The position numbers were made by a program, and so were the translations under genes. Shown here one piece after another: positions 9,832-19,057 of a DNA stretch of 64,000 nucleotides. The stretch lies in assembly GCA_020632415.1 (NCBI GenBank), contig JACKFO010000002.1, forward strand, positions 578,732-642,731, written 5' to 3'. How positions within the stretch are numbered: the first letter of the stretch is position 1; each line of letters begins with the position of its first letter. The DNA comes from Candidatus Nomurabacteria bacterium (GTDB taxonomy: Bacteria; Patescibacteriota; Patescibacteriia; UBA1558; GWA2-36-10). A model generated the notes under the pieces. The model did no database searches, was not told the DNA's origin, and saw nothing but the letters and a program-made list of their open reading frames with translations.

Positions 9832-9860
9832 GGCCCGGTTCTCGCGTGAGAACCGGGCCT
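9832..9860 (-). terminator. GC-rich rho-independent terminator of the foreign two-gene operon
   Basis: On the minus strand: GGCCCGGTTCTC-ACGC-GAGAACCGGGCC followed by CTTATTTTTTT. Sits 27 nt after the stop of the 1162-aa gene. Confidence 0.7.
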
Positions 9861-9886
9861 GATTGTTGCATATCGATTCAACGAAT

Positions 9887-12800
9887 TCAGCGGATCGAAC
9901 TGCCGTCCGGACCGTCGAAGATGACCTCCACAGTCGCTCGGTAGAAGGTGTTGGGCAGCCCAGTAAGCGTGTTGTCCTGCCACTGAAAACCACCTGTACC
10001 GTCCCAAGGAACCGTAGCGATCAGCTCGTAAACGCCGTAGACCTCCGCACTACGGTAGATCTTGAGTTGACTACAAGCCGCATGCTGCTCGAAAGTCAGC
10101 ACCGGCCGACCAGCGACGAGACGCAGATCGAAATGCGGAGCAAGCAAGTTGCCCGCGTACAGATGCTTGACCTGGCCACTGTGTCCAGGCCCCAAGGGAT
10201 GCGGCCAACTCGACCAGTTGGTCGACAGCGAATTGCTGAAGTGCAAGACACCGTCTTCCCATTGACCGAAATGGGTTTGACCGTTGATCACCAAAGGCAG
10301 CGGGAAATGATCCGAAGTGCTCAGGTGCACCAGGGCTTCATCCGACCAGCGATCCAAGCTGGTACCGTGCCAAAATTCCAGACCTACGCCTCGCTTTTGC
10401 GCGACCAGATCCTCGATGCCATCGTTATCCAGATCGTTGGGCAACATGTAACGATGTGCCAACTCTGGATCAACGATCGTCTCCACCTGCGACATCCAGT
10501 CTTCCTGGGAAAAGTCACAGATGAAGATACGAGAACTGTCGGGCGAAGGATTGATGTGCGGAATCCACATGTTGAAAGCGACACGAGGAGCTTCCAGGGG
10601 TGAATCGCTGACCAACGGAACCATCGACTCCGGCCCATAGCCAGTGTAGTTCTGGTAGGACAGATAGTCGATGTTGTAGACCCACTGTTGCTCTGCTTCT
10701 GACCAGGAGGCCATCAACAGAGCACGATAGGCATAGGGATCACCATTGCCTGGGCCGACGTTGATGATCGCCATAAGATCATAGAAGCCGTTATTCAGGA
10801 AATCACCGGAAAGCAGCTGCAAGACTTCGATTGATCGATTGTCGAAGAGCTCCCGAGTCGCTCGGAAACCTTCGTGGCCATCGAGATCAAAAGTCAACAA
10901 CAACGGCTCATCCAGACTACCGCCTGACAAAGCGAAATGAGGCCCCAAAGCATCGGTCCCCATGTAAGCCATGTGTCGCACTGGCAAGACAGTTGTCGGC
11001 AAGCTGATACTGGTTCGACTGGGTAGAATCAAGCCACCATCGCGCCGACGCAACACCAAGTACTGACCGTCGACGTAGGCGATGACTTTGCCTGTGACTA
11101 ACAGCTCCGGATCTTCCAGTACCATCAGCTGATGAGCATTGTCTCCACTCACTGGCCAACCGGGAACCGCCTGAGGAGTCGAGATACCGTTCAGGGACCA
11201 GACCCGTATCTGATTGTCAGTAGCCACGATCAGCTCCGGAACTTCATCTCCGGAAAAGTTGAACAACAGCAGATCCCGAACCTCCGAGAAGGTCCAAGAG
11301 TTGACCAGGCTCGACTCGTAGTAGACTCGCACCTGGTTGTTGTCAGCGATCGCCAAATACCCGTGATTCGATGACCACTTGAAATCGCTGTTGCAAGCGA
11401 TCTCAAAATTGCTCATCGGCGTACCGATGAGCGGCGCCCTAGTCGCGAGAGTTTGCAGAGGTCCTGCGGGCTGGAGGCTCTGGACCGCAAAGTCCAAATG
11501 CCAACGCCGTCCCAAGAACGACTGCTCACTCGGAAGAGAAAGCTGTTGCCAAGGCACAAAGAAGGGAACTACTTCGTTCTGCTCCCAGTTGCCCGAAAGC
11601 TGCGAAGAGCAGTTGATCCATCCTTCTTGATCCTGACCGTTGAACTGGATTTGTTGCACGTCCACACCGGCGTTGTACATCGGCGCATACAAGCTGTTGT
11701 TGTAAGCGAGGGGCACCTCGGTCTGATACATGCCATCCTGCGGGAGCAAGATGACTTGATCAGTTTCGGTGTTGCTCAGATGCAAAACAGTCTGCAAGTT
11801 GCCGTCGACACTGAAGCTTAGATCCCAGGAAAACACCGTAGGCGTTGTGTCCCAAGAGTCTCTGCTCATGACAGAATTGCCAGCAGTCGGAAAAGGAGCG
11901 AGTCGATCATCATGTGGCCAGTAACCATCGCCGTCGAGTGAAACTCGCTCGGCATAGATCAGCTTTGCCACTGTCTCCAGGCCCTCCCACCAGGTATGCA
12001 AACCACCGTGGGAAGCAGTTACCAGGCCCATGCCGAAGGCTTCCTCGCTAGCGGGATACCAGCGCATCTGACTACCTGGGCCATTCGACCAAGTAGAGAC
12101 GTAAAGTTTCTCTTCTTGATTGACTGGGTTCTCCAAATAGTACACATGGTCGACGCTAAGCACAAAATCCCCTGCCTGAGTAATGGGGGTGGCATTCTGC
12201 AACCAGCCCGCCTTGTAACGATCGGCTGGATTCCAGAGAGCCGGCGAGTAGATGTGTCGTTCCGGCGAATCCATCGGCACCCGCCAATTGCTAGCAAAGC
12301 CACAATAGCCCAGGCCCATCGCGTCCCAACAACCAGAATCGCTGTCATCAACCCACATGTCGATGAAAGTTTCCTTGTAGCCCTGAAGCTGCAAGATGGC
12401 TCGCATGTACCAACCCGGACCGAGCTGATCGACTGGAGTGAAATCCATAAAGCTATTGGTTCCGCACCAGGCACTCACGAAGGCAAAGCCCCTTTGGGGG
12501 TAAGCCATGACCTCTTGCATGAAGTGAGTGCCTGAGAAAACGAAGAGCACAGGGTGAAGTGGATCCATATTCTGCAAATTGACCCCTCTCTGCTCCAGAT
12601 AAACAGGAAGTTGATTGACGTCAAATGCGAGGGTCGTTGCAACGTTCACCTTGAAAGGCTGACCAGTCTCCGGATCCAAGATCAGACCAGGATGATCACC
12701 GTACCAGGAGCAACGCTCGGTGTCCGGCACGATATGTGACACCACGACATCCTGATTGTTTTCCCAGAGTTGAGCCACGGAATGAGGAAACTCTCGACCA

Positions 12801-13375
12801 TAAGCCGACTGCGCCCCATCTGGCATTTGCGAAGCGAAGAAACTCTGATACCAGAGTTCCGGATTGATCGACTCTCCCGGACGATCAGGATGTGTGTAGA
12901 AGTCTCCGTCATCAAAGTAGAGTGAATCCTGATACTCAGCGCAGAGTATGATCGGAATCACCGTCAGCTGCCGATCTTGCACAATCGGCAGCTCAGCGCC
13001 GCTGTTGTTGTTGAAGCTCTGACGCTGGGCGTCATTGACTTCTCGTACCAGTTCTTCGGTCGCAGGCGGAGTGTTACTGGGAAACACAACTCCTGAAGGC
13101 ACGAAGCCATCGGGAGTCGGCACCAGGTACCGCAGTTCATCACCATCGACCACTGGCACAAAGCCGGTCGGTCCGGCTTGCCAGTGTCGAAAGTCAGTGG
13201 AGGTCTCGCCGACGGGCGTCAGTGGACGCCCGTCCGTATCGCACACCGTCACGCCCCAGGGATTGGTCTGACTCAGGATCTCCTGACCGTTCCAAATCCG
13301 AGTCCCCGGGACTGCCATTGCCAACTGTGCCATCAGGCACAAGAGCAACAGCGCGAAGAAATTCTTGCGTGTCAT
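9887..13375 (-). CDS. Large secreted protein (1162 aa) of foreign GC-rich origin. Carries FG-GAP-like repeats and a possible His/Cys caspase-like peptidase core (speculative).
   Basis: Signal peptide MTRKNFFALLLLCLMAQLAMA. GC ~55% with GC3-rich codons, against a ~32% host. FG-GAP-like segments (FSGDEVPELIVATDNQ; NDLDNDGIEDLV). A His…Cys pair (SGTHF…AWCGTNSF) is only weakly reminiscent of clan CD peptidases. SD AAGGAAG. Confidence 0.7.
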   Translation of the reverse strand: MTRKNFFALLLLCLMAQLAMAVPGTRIWNGQEILSQTNPWGVTVCDTDGRPLTPVGETSTDFRHWQAGPTGFVPVVDGDELRYLVPTPDGFVPSGVVFPSNTPPATEELVREVNDAQRQSFNNNSGAELPIVQDRQLTVIPIILCAEYQDSLYFDDGDFYTHPDRPGESINPELWYQSFFASQMPDGAQSAYGREFPHSVAQLWENNQDVVVSHIVPDTERCSWYGDHPGLILDPETGQPFKVNVATTLAFDVNQLPVYLEQRGVNLQNMDPLHPVLFVFSGTHFMQEVMAYPQRGFAFVSAWCGTNSFMDFTPVDQLGPGWYMRAILQLQGYKETFIDMWVDDSDSGCWDAMGLGYCGFASNWRVPMDSPERHIYSPALWNPADRYKAGWLQNATPITQAGDFVLSVDHVYYLENPVNQEEKLYVSTWSNGPGSQMRWYPASEEAFGMGLVTASHGGLHTWWEGLETVAKLIYAERVSLDGDGYWPHDDRLAPFPTAGNSVMSRDSWDTTPTVFSWDLSFSVDGNLQTVLHLSNTETDQVILLPQDGMYQTEVPLAYNNSLYAPMYNAGVDVQQIQFNGQDQEGWINCSSQLSGNWEQNEVVPFFVPWQQLSLPSEQSFLGRRWHLDFAVQSLQPAGPLQTLATRAPLIGTPMSNFEIACNSDFKWSSNHGYLAIADNNQVRVYYESSLVNSWTFSEVRDLLLFNFSGDEVPELIVATDNQIRVWSLNGISTPQAVPGWPVSGDNAHQLMVLEDPELLVTGKVIAYVDGQYLVLRRRDGGLILPSRTSISLPTTVLPVRHMAYMGTDALGPHFALSGGSLDEPLLLTFDLDGHEGFRATRELFDNRSIEVLQLLSGDFLNNGFYDLMAIINVGPGNGDPYAYRALLMASWSEAEQQWVYNIDYLSYQNYTGYGPESMVPLVSDSPLEAPRVAFNMWIPHINPSPDSSRIFICDFSQEDWMSQVETIVDPELAHRYMLPNDLDNDGIEDLVAQKRGVGLEFWHGTSLDRWSDEALVHLSTSDHFPLPLVINGQTHFGQWEDGVLHFSNSLSTNWSSWPHPLGPGHSGQVKHLYAGNLLAPHFDLRLVAGRPVLTFEQHAACSQLKIYRSAEVYGVYELIATVPWDGTGGFQWQDNTLTGLPNTFYRATVEVIFDGPDGSSIR

Positions 13376-13396
13376 GTCGTCTTCCTTTCAATTCGG

Positions 13397-14995
13397 TTAC
13401 TTAAGCAGAGTCAACTTTTGTGCAAGGAAGCAGTTCTTGGATCGCAGTGCTACTATGTACACACCACTAGCTTCCTCAGCAAAATCAAACACCTGTCGAT
13501 GCTCGCCTGCTGAGAAAAATTGCGGTGATTGTGATTTCACTTGCCGTCCCAACAAGTCGTACACGCTGAATGTCAGCCACTGTGCCTCAGGCACCATGAA
13601 GCTGATATTGGTCTGCACGTTGAACGGATTGGGATAGCAATCCAAACTGAACTCTTGCGGCCTAGCGATCGGCTGCTCAACGGATACTTGATCCAAGAGC
13701 AAACCCCAAGCAGTAGTGACCCACTGATTGTTGAGATAATCACAAGTTGCTCCGCAATAAGTTCCAGAATTTGTAACAATCGCCTTAGTCTGAGAATAGG
13801 GTCTAGCTGCGTCATTGGCTGCCATGTAGCCCGGCAGAGAGAACTGATGACTCTCCACGAATGAAAAGCCGTCGAATTCAAACCACAGAGCTTTTTGAGT
13901 AGCCAAGCTCGACTGATACCACAGTAAGTGGTTGTCGAGCAGGTCAACAGCCATGACCAAATCGTCGATCACCAAAGAATCCAAGATCTGACCAGTTTCA
14001 GTCAGAGCAAAAAGCAAACCATGACTAGGCGTAGCACCGGAAGTAGTAGCGACCAACAAGACATCGTCCTGCCAAACCGGTACACCATACCAATGAACAC
14101 CATGATACAAAGTATCTGCAACTACTTGCTGACCATCATAGAGATCGGTCACTGTCAGCTGCAGATAATCATTCCAGTATGGATCCGAGCCCACGATACC
14201 GACGGAGTAAAGATTCCCTCCTCTAATGCTCAAACGCGAGCGGGCTTGAGGAAAATCATTTGCCGTCGTCCAGACAAACTCTCCATCGGCTGACAAGAAA
14301 GCTGTATGCTCCGAGTTCTGCAGAACAAAACCATCGGCATAAGCAATCATTGCCAGCTCTGAACTGTAGCTGTCCCCAAGATAAGTCACGGGATCATCCC
14401 GCAACAAAATGCCTGTGTTTAGATCAAGCACCTGTACGTAGTAGCTCGGTGCTTGCTGTCCACTGTGACCATCAGAAATTCCTTTGACGATCAGAAGTCG
14501 ATCGCCGTTGATCAGGGGCTGGAAACCAGCGCCCAAAGAAATTTCCAGACTGTCCAAAGGACCATCGCTCAGCGACCAATCCTCCACGAACTGCCCAGTC
14601 TGATAGTCAGGATGCAAACGATGATAGTGCATGGTGGTCGTGTTTACCTCAGTAAGAGTAAACTCGGTCTCCACCAGAACAAAACCATTGTTCTGATCAG
14701 TTACTACTTCGCCACCCGTTGCCGGATGATTGAGCAGCAACTGATCGCTGATCAGAATCGTACCTTGCGGACTGTGCACGCTGGCGTAAGCGTCACCGTA
14801 GTAAGGCGGCGCATATCCGGCATACCACAAATCCAAAATATTGTTGTCAGCCAAATTCTCAGCAAACAACGACGTTGCCGTCGGTGTCTGCGGATTGACT
14901 CGCTCCACCCAAAAGTAAGTGGAGTCGATGCCGTCTTCTTGAGCATAAACCGTGTTGCAGAACAACACGATCAAGCCCCAAAGCAGAGTCTTCAT
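13397..14995 (-). CDS. Secreted protein with a type IX secretion system (Por) C-terminal sorting domain; foreign GC-rich origin
   Basis: Signal peptide MKTLLWGLIVLFCNTVYA. The C-terminal ~80 aa (CYPNPFNVQTNISF…LTFSVYDLLGRQVK…ASGVYIVALRS…KLTLLK) match the T9SS CTD consensus. SD AAGAGGTGTGAG. GC ~53%. Confidence 0.75.
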   Translation of the reverse strand: MKTLLWGLIVLFCNTVYAQEDGIDSTYFWVERVNPQTPTATSLFAENLADNNILDLWYAGYAPPYYGDAYASVHSPQGTILISDQLLLNHPATGGEVVTDQNNGFVLVETEFTLTEVNTTTMHYHRLHPDYQTGQFVEDWSLSDGPLDSLEISLGAGFQPLINGDRLLIVKGISDGHSGQQAPSYYVQVLDLNTGILLRDDPVTYLGDSYSSELAMIAYADGFVLQNSEHTAFLSADGEFVWTTANDFPQARSRLSIRGGNLYSVGIVGSDPYWNDYLQLTVTDLYDGQQVVADTLYHGVHWYGVPVWQDDVLLVATTSGATPSHGLLFALTETGQILDSLVIDDLVMAVDLLDNHLLWYQSSLATQKALWFEFDGFSFVESHQFSLPGYMAANDAARPYSQTKAIVTNSGTYCGATCDYLNNQWVTTAWGLLLDQVSVEQPIARPQEFSLDCYPNPFNVQTNISFMVPEAQWLTFSVYDLLGRQVKSQSPQFFSAGEHRQVFDFAEEASGVYIVALRSKNCFLAQKLTLLK

Positions 14996-15178
14996 CTCAC
15001 ACCTCTTATTTTCATTGTTTTTCGTTGAAATCGATATGTAAACCAATTGGTTGATTAACCAAATGGTTATTTTGTAAAAGGACAGATCTAACTAGATACC
15101 ATAGTAAAAATAGCACATTTTGTCAATAAACAAAAAACGCCCTTCTCAAATCCGAGAAAGACGTCTCAAAAATCAATG

Positions 15179-16102
15179 TTACAACTTTTTACGAAAACTA
15201 ATAAAAATAAAGGCTGCAATAAAAACTAAGGCTAAGGCTAGGCCCGAAATTGCCAAAAAAGCATGTGGCCAATCAGCAAAAGGTAGAGAAATGTTCATAC
15301 CATAGATGCTAGAAATTAACATCGGGATAGTAAACAAGGCAGTGATATAAGTCAATAACTTCATGGTCTGATTTAACTGAATCGACATCACGGTAGTATA
15401 AGCATCTCGAACATTTTTAACTGTTTTCAGATTAGTAATCGCCAACTCCAAAACCTGCTGACCATCAACCAAAACATCATCGATCAAATCTTTGTCTTCT
15501 TGATAAAGATGAATATAATTATATTGCAGTAATTTCTTAATCGTATGAATCGTCGGCGTCAAAGAAGCAATAATGTTGTTCAAAATTTCTTCTGTCTCAA
15601 CTAAACTATAAACATCTGACTTATCAATGTCTTCAATTTGCGCTTTTTCTTTTTGAACTTTACGATTCAAAACAACGATGTGTTTTTGATAATAATGAAT
15701 CAAGCGCAAACAAAGGTTAATTAAAAAATTTGATTGTTGAGTAGTATAAAAATTTATTTTTTGATTAGCAAAGTCATCAATTAAAGTATTTTTTACTGGA
15801 CTAACGGTAGTTAATAATTTTTTATTTAAAATAATGGTAAAAGGATAAGTTTTATAAGTTCCTTTTTCTTCAACGATAGATCTCAAAATTACTACAATAT
15901 TTTCACCTTCAACTTCAATGCGAGGCAATTCAAAACGATCTAAACTATCCTGCAAAATGTCAATCGGTAAATTTAATTGCTTACTGATTTTTTCTATTTC
16001 TTTTTCTGTTGGCTCAACTACAGACAACCAAGAACGATCCGAAAACTCTGTTGCATTTTTTAATTTTTTTTGTTGAATTGTATTTTTGTAACTTTTAATC
16101 AT
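15179..16102 (-). CDS. corA: CorA-family Mg2+/Co2+ transporter
   Basis: C-terminal two-TM region with the YGMN signature (SSIYGMNISLPF). Confidence 0.8.
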   Translation of the reverse strand: MIKSYKNTIQQKKLKNATEFSDRSWLSVVEPTEKEIEKISKQLNLPIDILQDSLDRFELPRIEVEGENIVVILRSIVEEKGTYKTYPFTIILNKKLLTTVSPVKNTLIDDFANQKINFYTTQQSNFLINLCLRLIHYYQKHIVVLNRKVQKEKAQIEDIDKSDVYSLVETEEILNNIIASLTPTIHTIKKLLQYNYIHLYQEDKDLIDDVLVDGQQVLELAITNLKTVKNVRDAYTTVMSIQLNQTMKLLTYITALFTIPMLISSIYGMNISLPFADWPHAFLAISGLALALVFIAAFIFISFRKKL

Positions 16103-16114
16103 AACTCTAAAAAA

Positions 16115-16831
16115 TTAAAATAATAAATCAGCAACTCGACCAACTAAATAGCCAATCAAAGTTGCCAGTCCACCCAGAGCAACCATTTGCAAAGATGACT
16201 TGAGCCAATTAATTTTCGTAAATTTAGTAGCAAAAGCTCCGAGTAAGAATAAACCAATTAAAGTCAAAATTATTGCGGCATAAGTTGCCTGTGGAATTTC
16301 TAAAAATAAATACATTGAAATTGGAAAAGCACCACCAATGATATAAGAAAAAAACATCACTATTGCTCCCTGACCTAAACGATGCTCTTTTGCTGGATCA
16401 ATGTTTAATTCACGATAGGCCATTTCTTTTAACATTAGATCATGGTTTTTAGAGGCTACTTCTGCCATTTTTTGAGCCAAATTTTTTGGCCAGCCATCTT
16501 CAATATACATTTCTATTAATTCTTCTTTTTCAGCTTCTGGATAGTCTTTGACCTCTGTTCCTTCTTCGTATAATTTACGAGCTTCAACTTGTTTGACTGA
16601 TTGATTAGAAATGTAAGAACCGATTGCCATCGAGATCGACTCTACCGTCACAACAACTAAACCTGAAAGGATTACTATTTTTGCATCTCCAGTTCCAGCG
16701 GCAATTCCAGTTACCGCGCCCAAAGTGGAAACCATACCATCTTCCATGCCAAAAACAAGCTCTCGAATATTATCACTGAGCTTAGAATTTTGATGATGAA
16801 TAAAATCTTTACGATGAGGGATTGTTTCCAT
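16115..16831 (-). CDS. VIT1/CCC1-family iron/manganese transporter
   Basis: FGMEDGMVSTLGAVTGIAAG…SMAIGSYISNQS motifs typical of VIT-family (DUF125) proteins. Confidence 0.65.
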   Translation of the reverse strand: METIPHRKDFIHHQNSKLSDNIRELVFGMEDGMVSTLGAVTGIAAGTGDAKIVILSGLVVVTVESISMAIGSYISNQSVKQVEARKLYEEGTEVKDYPEAEKEELIEMYIEDGWPKNLAQKMAEVASKNHDLMLKEMAYRELNIDPAKEHRLGQGAIVMFFSYIIGGAFPISMYLFLEIPQATYAAIILTLIGLFLLGAFATKFTKINWLKSSLQMVALGGLATLIGYLVGRVADLLF

Positions 16832-16918
16832 ATTGATAAGTATAACAAAATTTAAACAAAGAAAAAAGCTCACTTCCCAAGGGCAAAAGTGAGCTCAAAC
16901 ACTTGTCTGTGCTCAGGC

Positions 16919-17152
16919 CTATTCTGTCTTGTTGCTCTGAGATCGATGAAGGCGCTCCTCCTCTTCGGTCATCAAGAACTTGTGAGTAGTAGGCTGACAG
17001 TCACACGCAAGATACAGGTTCATTGCGCCCTGAGAAGCCTCCAAATTCCCATAGCAATGTGGACATTGCATACCAACTCGACGAACGTGCCCTGGCAAAG
17101 GAATCGGAAAAGCTTTGGACATCAAACTCCTCTCCCCGATTTTTTCTACCAC
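16919..17152 (-). CDS. Small zinc-ribbon-like protein (CPHC…CDC), GC-rich orphan
   Basis: 77 aa carrying MQCPHCYGNLE…LACDCQ. Local GC ~50%. A GC-rich terminator hairpin (AGCTCACTT…AAGTGAGCT plus T6) sits at 16869-16897 on the minus strand. Which strand is coding is uncertain. Confidence 0.35.
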   Translation of the reverse strand: MVEKIGERSLMSKAFPIPLPGHVRRVGMQCPHCYGNLEASQGAMNLYLACDCQPTTHKFLMTEEEERLHRSQSNKTE

Positions 17153-17228
17153 AAGGAACTTTCTTTATTTCAATCTATCTTAGGTAAGCTATATTGTCAA
17201 AAAAAATAATTTTCTATTACTATTAATT

Positions 17229-18443
17229 TTAACCAAACATCAACCAAGCAGGCTTAAAAATTAACAATAAGCCAATTAATACCATCAAGATGCCACCAAG
17301 CAATCTAGAAAATCTACTATACTTAGTTGTAAAACCAGATGCCTGTAAGGTAAGCATTGCTAGAAAAAAAATAATCAAATCATCCAACATGAAAATAAAA
17401 ATATACAACAAAATATACATATAGTAATGCCAGGTGGGCAAATCATTCATGGTTAGCACTTGAGTATACACGGCTGGAATGCCAGCAGAACAAATCAGCT
17501 CAATCATATTAACTGCTGCAGCTAATATGATAATGCCTCCTAGGGCTAACCAGAAATTATTATTTTTTACTACGTTACGAAGTCTGGAAAAAGTTTCTTG
17601 TTTTTTCTGCATATCACCAACATTACAAACCGCATCTTTATTGGTAAAAAAATCTTTCAGACTATATATTCCACCACCCAAAGCTACAAGCGCAATTAAT
17701 AATCTTACCCAAAAAATAAGGCCAATAAATAATAAGACATTAAGCCAAGCAACTAAAAATAAATAATATACTAAAGCTGAAGTGACAATAAAAGCGCCAC
17801 CTAAAATCCACATCTTCTTCCGATCCTTCATGCCTAATAATAAGCCAATTAAAAATATCAAGGCCCACATTGCGCAAGGATTAAAACCATCCAAAGCTCC
17901 TAAAATAATCGTCAATAATGGCAAAGAAAAAGACTTAAGATTCACTGTGCCAAAAAATGGTATTTTAAAATTTTCCAAAGTAGCATCACTACTGACTTGT
18001 TCAATATCTAGAGCATCACGCGAATCTACGTTAGCCATAGCAAACATGATATCAGGACAGTAATTTTCTAAACAAAAAAGAGCTGCTTGCTCAATAGCGG
18101 CTCCGTGCGTTTGATCATCTCCATAGCCAGAAAAAGCTTGATTGCCAACAACGGTAAAAGGGACACCTGAAATGTCTGCGTCTAAAAATTGACCGAGGCT
18201 CCTAAAAATCTCTTGATTTTCTACATTTTTTGAAACCTCAAAATTTACCACTTCAATCGCTGAATATCTTTCTGCTAAATCAGCCAAAAAAAGCTCTTCT
18301 TTAGCACAATGTGGACAACCATCAGCATTAAAAAAATATATTTTTACCACAGAATCTTCCGCCTGAACTGACAAAATGTTAAATAACGGCAAAAATACAA
18401 TAGCCAAACCAAAAAATATTTTTTTCATCATATCCATCATCAT
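17229..18443 (-). CDS. Thioredoxin-like domain fused to a CcdA/DsbD-type thiol:disulfide transporter
   Basis: N-terminal periplasmic Trx fold with CPHC, followed by a polytopic region containing the DsbD-family motif (DGFNPCAMWALIFL). Confidence 0.7.
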   Translation of the reverse strand: MMMDMMKKIFFGLAIVFLPLFNILSVQAEDSVVKIYFFNADGCPHCAKEELFLADLAERYSAIEVVNFEVSKNVENQEIFRSLGQFLDADISGVPFTVVGNQAFSGYGDDQTHGAAIEQAALFCLENYCPDIMFAMANVDSRDALDIEQVSSDATLENFKIPFFGTVNLKSFSLPLLTIILGALDGFNPCAMWALIFLIGLLLGMKDRKKMWILGGAFIVTSALVYYLFLVAWLNVLLFIGLIFWVRLLIALVALGGGIYSLKDFFTNKDAVCNVGDMQKKQETFSRLRNVVKNNNFWLALGGIIILAAAVNMIELICSAGIPAVYTQVLTMNDLPTWHYYMYILLYIFIFMLDDLIIFFLAMLTLQASGFTTKYSRFSRLLGGILMVLIGLLLIFKPAWLMFG

Positions 18444-18473
18444 AACACATCTACAACAAAAAAATAAAGATGT

Positions 18474-18788
18474 CTACTGATCGATTCTAATCGCCTTTCC
18501 TTCCACTAAAGCTTGAGAGATTTTCTGATAAGCCCCACTTAAGACCCTTTGAAAAGTGCTTTGTGAGGTATTCATTTTTTGCGCACAAACTACTTGATCA
18601 TAATTTTCGATATTCTTTAAACGCAAAGCTTCCACCTCTTCTAAAGACAAAAAAATCTCTTCTAAATCTCTCAAGGGAATGCCTTGTGGTTTAAAATAAC
18701 GAACCAAAGGCTTAAATCGAACACGCCTCATTAAACGCGGTCGACCTAAGCCCCAATTACCATTTTGATTTCCTCTATTTGGCATCAT
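18474..18788 (-). CDS. DUF134 (UPF0251) predicted DNA-binding protein
   Basis: YFKPQGIPLRDLEEIFLSLEEVEALRLKNIENYDQ…MNTSQSTFQRVL is the DUF134 signature. Confidence 0.7.
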   Translation of the reverse strand: MMPNRGNQNGNWGLGRPRLMRRVRFKPLVRYFKPQGIPLRDLEEIFLSLEEVEALRLKNIENYDQVVCAQKMNTSQSTFQRVLSGAYQKISQALVEGKAIRIDQ

Positions 18789-18951
18789 TAATTCTTTGGT
18801 TCTTTCCTCTCAATCCCAAGCCACGTCCTCTGCCTCGACCTAAACCGCGGCCAGATTCTAATGTTTGATCTTGATTTTTATTGCATGAGCCTAAGCCCAA
18901 GCCTGTTTTAGGGCCCTTACCTTGAGGTCCTGTACCATCTCTATTTGGCAT
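18775..18951 (-). CDS. Small Gly/Arg-rich protein (58 aa), DUF5320-like partner of DUF134; not in the ORF track because it is under 60 aa
   Basis: Hand translation gives MPNRDGTGPQGKGPKTGLGLGSCNKNQDQTLESGRGLGRGRGRGLGIERKNQRINDAK. The MPxxDGTGPxGxGPxTG N-terminus is typical of the small proteins that pair with DUF134. It overlaps the DUF134 start by 14 nt. Confidence 0.55.
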   Translation of the reverse strand: MPNRDGTGPQGKGPKTGLGLGSCNKNQDQTLESGRGLGRGRGRGLGLRGKNQRINDAK

Positions 18952-19057
18952 AATATTATTGATTAATAATTAAGCTATTATGAATATATACCCAAAAAGA
19001 TAAAATGTCAAATAAAAAATAAAAGCCCACCCTGCACGCAAGGTGAGCTAGAACGAA

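Noticed and set aside
9863-13500. Many + strand ORFs (for example 9863-10603, 11996-12535, 13178-13513) opposite the GC-rich genes
   Set aside because: High GC suppresses stop codons in the antisense frames. The minus-strand genes have signal peptides, SD sequences and a terminator, and the antisense ORFs have no motifs.
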